Assembly: GCA_016839275.1 (NCBI GenBank)
Contig: JAEOUM010000117.1
Coordinates: forward strand, 1 to 61,860
Length of the DNA: 61,860 bases
Direction: 5' to 3'
From: Candidatus Thorarchaeota archaeon
GTDB lineage: Archaea; Asgardarchaeota; Thorarchaeia; Thorarchaeales; Thorarchaeaceae
In this document: positions 56,023 through 61,860 of the stretch, piece after piece
How positions within the stretch are numbered: the stretch's first letter is position 1
Layout of the letters: every line of letters starts with the position of its first letter
Translations under genes and position numbers: made by a program
Notes under the pieces: generated by a model
Told to the model about the DNA's origin: nothing
Seen by the model: only the letters and a program-made list of their open reading frames with translations
Database searches by the model: none

Positions 56023-56039
56023 TCGGTCTGATAATAAGG

Positions 56040-56591
56040 ATGAATGATACCTTGAGAATCATAATTGTCACTGGTATGCCCGGCGCGGGAAAGAGTGAGG
56101 TTGCCCAGGCTTTCAGTGATACTGGTATTCCTATCATAGTAATGGGAGATGTCGTACGCGAGGAAGCTCGAAGGCGTGGTCTTGATGCAAATCCTGAGAA
56201 CACTCGAAAGGTCATGCTTGATTTAAGGGAGAGAAATGGTCTTGGTGCAATAGCTAAACATTGCCTAGATCATCTTCGCAGCCTTGAATCCGATATCGTT
56301 GTCATAGAAGGATGTAGAAGTATTGCTGAAATTGATGTTTTTGCTGATTATGCCGATGAGGTGACCATAATCTGTGTTCACTCATCTCCAAAGGTAAGGT
56401 ATACTCGTCTGCGCAATCGAAATCGTGAAGATGCCCCTCCAACGTGGGAGAATTTCAGAGAGCGTGATATAAGAGAAATCTCTGTAGGTCTGGGTGGTGT
56501 CATTGCACTTAGTGATATCATGCTGATTAATGAAGGCACACTTGAAAACCTGCGTGCTATGTCAAAACAATTGGCAGCGAAGATGACCTGA
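56040..56591 (+). CDS. UPF0200-type predicted nucleotide kinase
   Basis: IIVTGMPGAGKSEVAQAFSDTGIPIIVMGDVVREEARRRGL matches my recollection of the archaeal UPF0200 family. Confidence 0.65.
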   Translation: MNDTLRIIIVTGMPGAGKSEVAQAFSDTGIPIIVMGDVVREEARRRGLDANPENTRKVMLDLRERNGLGAIAKHCLDHLRSLESDIVVIEGCRSIAEIDVFADYADEVTIICVHSSPKVRYTRLRNRNREDAPPTWENFRERDIREISVGLGGVIALSDIMLINEGTLENLRAMSKQLAAKMT

Positions 56592-56592
56592 T

Positions 56593-57021
56593 ATGGAAAT
56601 CACTATCAAATGCATAGTTCATCCAACTGAGGATGTTGAAAGAGTAAAAATGGCTATAGAAACATATCTTGGTAAGATCTCACTCAAGGCTGTTGAGCAC
56701 GGTCAATTCATTGAGCTGACTTCCTCAAATGAGAACCGGGAAATCCTCTCCATTGTACGTCAATCAATCCATGAGAAACGAATACTTGGCGCAGTCCGTA
56801 CAAGGCTATTGAAAAATTATAATGACTTAGATTTTACAACGAATATCCATATTGACAAACAAGCTGCCTATGTTGGAAAGCTCCGAGTGATAGATAATGA
56901 TGTTGAGAATCCTCCCTTGGGTTCTATTGAGATTTATATTGTATTCGAAACAACTTCTCTGTTTGAGGAATTTCTTGATTGGTTCAGTCCGAGGACCAAA
57001 GGTGGGAGAGTAATCACTTAG
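56593..57021 (+). CDS. UPF0201-like small conserved archaeal protein
   Basis: 142 aa, 1-nt spacing from the upstream kinase-like gene. The UPF0200/UPF0201 pairing is common in archaea as I recall. Confidence 0.5.
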   Translation: MEITIKCIVHPTEDVERVKMAIETYLGKISLKAVEHGQFIELTSSNENREILSIVRQSIHEKRILGAVRTRLLKNYNDLDFTTNIHIDKQAAYVGKLRVIDNDVENPPLGSIEIYIVFETTSLFEEFLDWFSPRTKGGRVIT

Positions 57022-58040
57022 AGATTGACAGTCACGATTTCTCGAACAAGTCCGCTGTGTACAATCATTTTAATTTCATGTCCGATACGGAAACCAGCAT
57101 CTCGTATCATTTCTGACAAACCCATATCGCTACTAGCACATACACATAGATTCTCCCCACTTGATTGAAGAATAGAGGGAGCCTTCCTTAGTAGGGAATC
57201 GAGTAGTTCTCTCGATTCAGTGCCTCTTGTAGAGCTTGAACGACCATACGGAGGATCAGTGACAATATGGTCTACAGTTTGAACAGGTAGGTGTAGAGCA
57301 TCAGCTTGTATTACAGAGTACTTTGAATTAATCGCACTCAGATTCCTTCTTGCACCTTCTAACAGCCTCCAGTTCTTGTCTATACCTATTACTAACGCTC
57401 CAATATAGGCAGCTTCACAAAGAATTCCACCTCCGCCACAAAACGGGTCTAGTACAGTATTACCTGGTCTGACCCCAGCTAGGTTACACATTGTTCTCGC
57501 TAGTATGCTATTCATCATACTTGGGTGAAAGAAGGGTTTCTTTCCTGGTTCCCTCTCACGTAACAGGTGTCTGAGTTTGGATTCGATAGATTTGCATACA
57601 AGAAATCGTCCTGCCAATATGATAACGAGAATATTCGAGTTTGGGGAACGCAATTCTACTTTAGCACCAGTGATACTTTGAATATGAGCTCCCAGTTCTT
57701 TCTCTATTTTGACTCTCTCTTTTTGGTTATATTCACTCTCGATACAGATAGTTCTTACTGAGAATCGATCTGAGGGCAACACATTGTCTTTCCAACTATC
57801 ATCTATAATTCCTTCAATAATTGATTCTTCATGACTGAACTCACCCATAAGGATACCAGCTCTTTTGACTAGTGCTGCCCTATCCAAGAGAAATTCTGTA
57901 GGATTAGATGCTGCTTGCAGTTTTGCTACACGTCCCAACCATGTAATTTCAATATTAAATGGACAAAGTTTAACCAGTGCATCTAGCTCAGCTCTGGCTA
58001 ATTGTAAATTTTCACCAGACACTTGGGCAAAGTAATTCAT
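57018..58040 (-). CDS. trm11: tRNA (guanine10-N2)-methyltransferase (Trm11/TrmG10; THUMP + SAM-MTase)
   Basis: Motif I VLDPFCGGGGI, catalytic DPPYG and a THUMP-like N-terminal half. ATG at 58038-58040 is preferred. Confidence 0.75.
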   Translation of the reverse strand: MNYFAQVSGENLQLARAELDALVKLCPFNIEITWLGRVAKLQAASNPTEFLLDRAALVKRAGILMGEFSHEESIIEGIIDDSWKDNVLPSDRFSVRTICIESEYNQKERVKIEKELGAHIQSITGAKVELRSPNSNILVIILAGRFLVCKSIESKLRHLLREREPGKKPFFHPSMMNSILARTMCNLAGVRPGNTVLDPFCGGGGILCEAAYIGALVIGIDKNWRLLEGARRNLSAINSKYSVIQADALHLPVQTVDHIVTDPPYGRSSSTRGTESRELLDSLLRKAPSILQSSGENLCVCASSDMGLSEMIRDAGFRIGHEIKMIVHSGLVREIVTVNL

Positions 58041-58053
58041 CAAGCAGGCATCA

Positions 58054-58830
58054 CTACTCGTAAAGATTATCTCCACCAGAAAAGATACGCTGTATTTCAC
58101 CATAGAGAAGATCAAATCCAATCATTTCCTTAGATGATACAGGAATGGTTACGCTCGTAGAACCAATATTTCCAAGCATATCTAGAATTGATTTGGAGTA
58201 TTCTCTGACAAGCCCTTCTGCCGACTGATCAAGTGCTTCTTCAAGTAGATGCACTTCTGATCCCCATTCCACAATCTCTTCAATCTCGTCCTCCATAAGA
58301 ATGTCAGTCTTGCTCAGTATGTTTAGCTGAGGCAAACCAAATCGAATATTGATTGACAATCCAAGGAGCATCGAAGATAGATATCCCGAGGGTGTTCTAG
58401 CAATATTTGAATCTAGAAGGTAGAGAGATAATGAAGGATCGTCTCCTCTGAGACCTGAAACCATTAAGGGACCTGAATTTCGATAAGCAAAAAGCTCCAT
58501 TTGTCCTGGGCAGTCCACAAGAATATAATCTCTCTCGGATTCAATGATTTCTTCTCGCAACTCATTAACACTGCCTACTCCCATATCTAAGGAAGCAACA
58601 AGAGCTCCATTAGGACCAAGTCCAAAATTGCTCATCACTTCTCCATAGTCGACATACTCCCGGATATCCACATCACTTGTGTATGGTGGACTTTCAACAC
58701 CCGGATCTATGTTAACAACTGTTACACTCAAATCCGATTCTACTAGCCATTTCTCAAGTGATGCAGTAAGTAGGGATTTTCCCGAACCTGCTGTTCCAAC
58801 TAGAAATATGAAGAACATTGAAAGAACCAA
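58054..58830 (-). CDS. GPN-loop GTPase
   Basis: P-loop GTAGSGKS, GPN motif LGPNGA and DCPGQMELF. The start may be the Met at 58818. Confidence 0.8.
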   Translation of the reverse strand: MVLSMFFIFLVGTAGSGKSLLTASLEKWLVESDLSVTVVNIDPGVESPPYTSDVDIREYVDYGEVMSNFGLGPNGALVASLDMGVGSVNELREEIIESERDYILVDCPGQMELFAYRNSGPLMVSGLRGDDPSLSLYLLDSNIARTPSGYLSSMLLGLSINIRFGLPQLNILSKTDILMEDEIEEIVEWGSEVHLLEEALDQSAEGLVREYSKSILDMLGNIGSTSVTIPVSSKEMIGFDLLYGEIQRIFSGGDNLYE

Positions 58831-58936
58831 TCGGAGAAATGCCCCTCCCCTCTATGAGTTCTTCGGTAGGTTTACTATCACGATTCTGAATCATTCTACA
58901 CAAGTCTTATCTATAATCTTGGAAAGGAGGGGTGAT

Positions 58937-59680
58937 ATGGACTCGAACGAACCACTACAGAGGCTTGCAGAGGCTATGGCAGGCGAAATCTGTCTTGCAG
59001 AGATTGATCCGGGTTCTGTGATGCGAAGGTGGCGTGAGCGGTTTCATATCTCCCAGAAGGGTCTTGCCAAACATCTTAATGTTTCTCCTTCAGTCATCAG
59101 CGACTATGAGAGTGGAAGAAGAAAATCCCCAAGAGTTGAAACAATCAAACGGTTTGTTGAAGGTCTCATAGAAATGGATGCAGCAGAGGGCAGTCGTGTT
59201 GCAGTAGCCCTCGAGAAACTCATAGCACCTGAGATTGCATCCGATGCGATTCTAGATAGTCGTGAGTTTGGATTTCCTATCCCTGCAAGACTATTAGTTG
59301 AATATCTTGAATGCAAAATACTCACGCATAATAATTTGCTCGATCGAGATATCTATGGTTATACTGCCCTTGATAGTATCAAGGCCATTGTAAGTCTCAC
59401 ACCTCAACAACTTCTTCGACTATATGGTGGAACAACTCAGCGTGTGGCTATTCTTACAAACGTGTCAACAGGTAGGTCTCCTATGGTGGCTATCAAGGCC
59501 AGTCAAATTGGTACTTCAGTGGCGGTGAAACCTGCCGCAGTAATTCTTCAAGGCGTGAAAGAATTGGACCCCTTAGCTGTGAAGATTGCTGATAGTATTC
59601 ACCTTCCACTATGTGTATCTGAAATCAAGTCCGCCGAGAGTCTAATACACGCAATCAGATCGTTTAATCCCGAGATATGA
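58937..59680 (+). CDS. XRE-family HTH transcriptional regulator with a C-terminal uncharacterised domain
   Basis: RWRERFHISQKGLAKHLNVSPSVISDYESGRR. ATG at 58937 is preceded by GGAGGGG. The longer ORF-track start would overlap the GPN gene antisense. Confidence 0.65.
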   Translation: MDSNEPLQRLAEAMAGEICLAEIDPGSVMRRWRERFHISQKGLAKHLNVSPSVISDYESGRRKSPRVETIKRFVEGLIEMDAAEGSRVAVALEKLIAPEIASDAILDSREFGFPIPARLLVEYLECKILTHNNLLDRDIYGYTALDSIKAIVSLTPQQLLRLYGGTTQRVAILTNVSTGRSPMVAIKASQIGTSVAVKPAAVILQGVKELDPLAVKIADSIHLPLCVSEIKSAESLIHAIRSFNPEI

Positions 59681-59701
59681 TTCCTGAACTAGGTGATTTA
59701 G

Positions 59702-60997
59702 ATGGAGTTTGTAATGGAAATCAATGATCCGATTCATGATTTCATCGGATTGACGGACATTGAGGCTAAAATCGTCAACTCCGGAACTTATCAAAGGCTC
59801 CGTAGAATCAAGCAACTTTCCGGAGGTCATTTTGTATATCCAAGTGCTGAACATACACGATTTGCTCATTGCATTGGAGTCATGCATTTGGCAGGTCTTA
59901 CAGGAAAGCATTTGCTGAAAAACATTGAACTGGGTGATGATGTTCTGCAGGACGTACGTATGGCCGGGCTTCTTCACGACCTAGGCCATGGTCCTTTTAG
60001 TCATGTCTTCGAAGAATCTCTCATCGAGAACAGGGGTTGGAATCATGAAGATGTTACAGAGTGGCTTGTTTTAGAGAGTGAAGTCGGAGATATTCTTGAA
60101 GCTGGTGGCATATCTAAGAAAAGAATTGCTGATTTGGTACGGGGTCGTAGAACCAGTAAAAAAGATGCTGTTGTGAGCGGGATAGTTGCGGGACAAGTAG
60201 ATGCAGATAAGATGGATTATTTGATTCGGGACTCATTCTATTGTGGTGTGAACTATGGTTTAGTTGATATTCATCGTCTAATTGACAGTCTTGAAGTTTC
60301 AAAAGACTATCATTTGGAGTTCAGTCTTGCCGCAAGAGGAGCACTAGAGGCTTTTCTTGTAGCGCGTTACGAGATGTTTCTAAACGTCTATTATCATAAG
60401 ACAGTCCGTAGTGTTGAAGTGATGCTTGTAAAACTCATTAATGCTGCAGATAACGTTCTACATCTAACCAGCTTCAAAACTCCAGAAGAGTTCTTAGTTT
60501 TAGATGACATGTCCTTGGTGTCAATGATACGTGGTATTGATCCAACAGAATCGGACTCCGCAAAAGAAGCATCAACCATGATGAATCTCTTAGATTCACG
60601 AATTCTGTATAAATCCGTATTTGAAAAAGTACTGCATACTCAAGATAGGTTTGTTTCAAAGGTTCTCACAAAGAGAAAAGTGCGTGAGAGCATAGAAGAG
60701 GAAATTGCATCAATTGCTGAAGTTGAAAATCATGAGGTCATTGTTGATGTACCCACGCTACCATCTGTTCCATACAACCCTCATCAGCTAGATCCGATGG
60801 AAATTGCAATCTTTGAAATTATAGATGGCAAGAAAGTGTCCCATAATCTCTCAGATTACTCCAACATTGCTGAAATGATGAAAGGATATCTCGATGTAAT
60901 TCGTGTTTATACATTTGATAAAAACAGGGCAAAGGTTGGTCGCGCTGCACGTGAAGTCTTTCAAGAAGTGCCAGATACCGCTTTAATCCATATGTAA
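59702..60997 (+). CDS. HD-domain phosphohydrolase (dNTP triphosphohydrolase / SAMHD1-like)
   Basis: HTRFAHCIGV, LLHDLGHGPFSH and DADKMDYLIRD. Confidence 0.8.
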   Translation: MEFVMEINDPIHDFIGLTDIEAKIVNSGTYQRLRRIKQLSGGHFVYPSAEHTRFAHCIGVMHLAGLTGKHLLKNIELGDDVLQDVRMAGLLHDLGHGPFSHVFEESLIENRGWNHEDVTEWLVLESEVGDILEAGGISKKRIADLVRGRRTSKKDAVVSGIVAGQVDADKMDYLIRDSFYCGVNYGLVDIHRLIDSLEVSKDYHLEFSLAARGALEAFLVARYEMFLNVYYHKTVRSVEVMLVKLINAADNVLHLTSFKTPEEFLVLDDMSLVSMIRGIDPTESDSAKEASTMMNLLDSRILYKSVFEKVLHTQDRFVSKVLTKRKVRESIEEEIASIAEVENHEVIVDVPTLPSVPYNPHQLDPMEIAIFEIIDGKKVSHNLSDYSNIAEMMKGYLDVIRVYTFDKNRAKVGRAAREVFQEVPDTALIHM

Positions 60998-61141
60998 TAT
61001 TCTCATTGGGAATCCTATCACTATATAGAAACAGCACCTCGAACCAGCTCTATGTTTTCTGTGTGGAGATTAAATAGTATGAATTAGATTCTACTTTGAA
61101 CCTTTCCAGTTCTCTGGGGCTGAGAGCACTTGAGCGATGAA

Positions 61142-61860
61142 ATGACCGAAACCCTGCAAAACATAAAGGCAATCACAGGCGTTGAAAATGTTGTCTTGAT
61201 TCAGAAGGATGGACTACCTGTAGCAAGTGCAGGTGTGTGGTTTAGCAAGGAAGAGGTCTTTGCAGTGGCCTCCTCAACATGTGCCATCTTCGGGGTGGCA
61301 AAACTAATCCATGGTGATTTCAAATATCTACTAATGGAATCAGAAACTTCCAAGGTATTCTTGGCATCTCTTCCCAACGATTCCGACTACTTTCTCACTG
61401 TAACTACAGCTCCACGCGTAAACCTAGCAGCCCTGTTTATTGAGATGAAGGACAATCTTTCACGACTGTCATTTCTACTAAAGCAGCACATTGATGGAAG
61501 ACTCCCGCCGCTTCGGTCCTATAGTAGTGATGAAACTCAACGTGTACTTGAAGGATTTGCTGTAGCTGAAGGTCGTGATACAACCTATGGAATTTCACGT
61601 TCAGTAATCTCGCTTGACAGATCCCAAGCCTTGAGCCTGAGAGCGCTTCTACGCCAAGTTCATGACTGCATCCCTAGCATAGGATCGGTGTTTTTGTCAT
61701 TAAGTGGCGGCGTTCGAGTATCACTTGAAGGATTCACAAATGATAGACTTGCTGCTATGTCCTTTGCACTTCATGATGCTTCTGAACGCGTTGTAAGAAC
61801 GCTGCGTAATAGCTCTCTACAAACAGTACTATGTGAAACTGATACTACTCGGCACTTCAT
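61142..61860 (+). CDS. Tandem Roadblock/LC7 (MglB-like) domain protein, 3'-truncated by the window end
   Basis: Not in the ORF track because there is no stop. My hand translation from ATG 61142 is open to 61860. Domain 1: ITGVENVVLIQKDGLPVASAG...KYLLMESETSKVFLASLPNDSDYFLTVTTAPRVNLAALF. Domain 2: IPSIGSVFLSLSGGVRVSLEG...LQTVLCETDTTRHF. Confidence 0.6.
   Translation, partial: MTETLQNIKAITGVENVVLIQKDGLPVASAGVWFSKEEVFAVASSTCAIFGVAKLIHGDFKYLLMESETSKVFLASLPNDSDYFLTVTTAPRVNLAALFIEMKDNLSRLSFLLKQHIDGRLPPLRSYSSDETQRVLEGFAVAEGRDTTYGISRSVISLDRSQALSLRALLRQVHDCIPSIGSVFLSLSGGVRVSLEGFTNDRLAAMSFALHDASERVVRTLRNSSLQTVLCETDTTRHF

Noticed and set aside
1-61860. Looked for CRISPR arrays, rRNA genes, IS elements, integrases, inteins in mcm/rfc, and long direct repeats.
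   Set aside because: None were seen by eye. MCM (691 aa) and RFC-S (about 320 aa) are of intein-free length. The only long exact repeat noticed is the 18-mer reported above.

Overview
This looks like an archaeal chromosomal segment of roughly 40% G+C by eye. I saw no rRNA genes, CRISPR arrays, transposases or integrases. Most genes are information-processing: TFE, MBF1, PAN, NAC, TFB, a probable Rpo8, uS10, Orc1/Cdc6, RFC large and small subunits, a GINS subunit, MCM and Hel308. RNA-modification enzymes are also present (TlyA-like, Trm5, TruA, Trm11/TrmG10). Metabolic genes include ADP-forming acetyl-CoA synthetase alpha, HypF, IorAB, KorA, GlmS, isopentenyl phosphate kinase, and a eukaryote-type LKR + SDH saccharopine pair. 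Rpo8, a GPN-loop GTPase, a tandem Roadblock/LC7 protein and multi-intron tRNAs suggest a TACK/Asgard-type archaeon; this is inference only. The strongest signals are non-genic or in accessory regions. (1) A 441-bp gene-free interval (17953-18393) holds two inverted origin-recognition-box (ORB) elements around an AT-rich spacer. I read it as a candidate oriC. It is bracketed by three perfect copies of the palindrome GAACACGTGTTC, which also occurs upstream of two other loci. (2) A third ORB-like element (23860-23882) lies in a second ~440-bp gene-free interval packed with ATTCACA/TGTGAAT dyads, next to a winged-helix gene. (3) A family of GTATTAC-NN-GTAATAC dyads is concentrated between 9.9 and 18.1 kb, including an exact 18-mer copy inside hypF. 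(4) There are five tRNA genes or fragments. Four are interrupted, three at non-canonical positions, one carries two introns, and one lacks its 3' end within the window. (5) An accessory-looking island (29.8-41.7 kb) encodes a 1262-aa membrane-anchored HerA/FtsK-like ATPase, two large sequon-rich surface proteins, a Tad/PilB-type ATPase and an Flp-like pilin. No platform protein or prepilin peptidase is present. All functional calls come from motifs read by eye in the supplied translations; no database searches were run.
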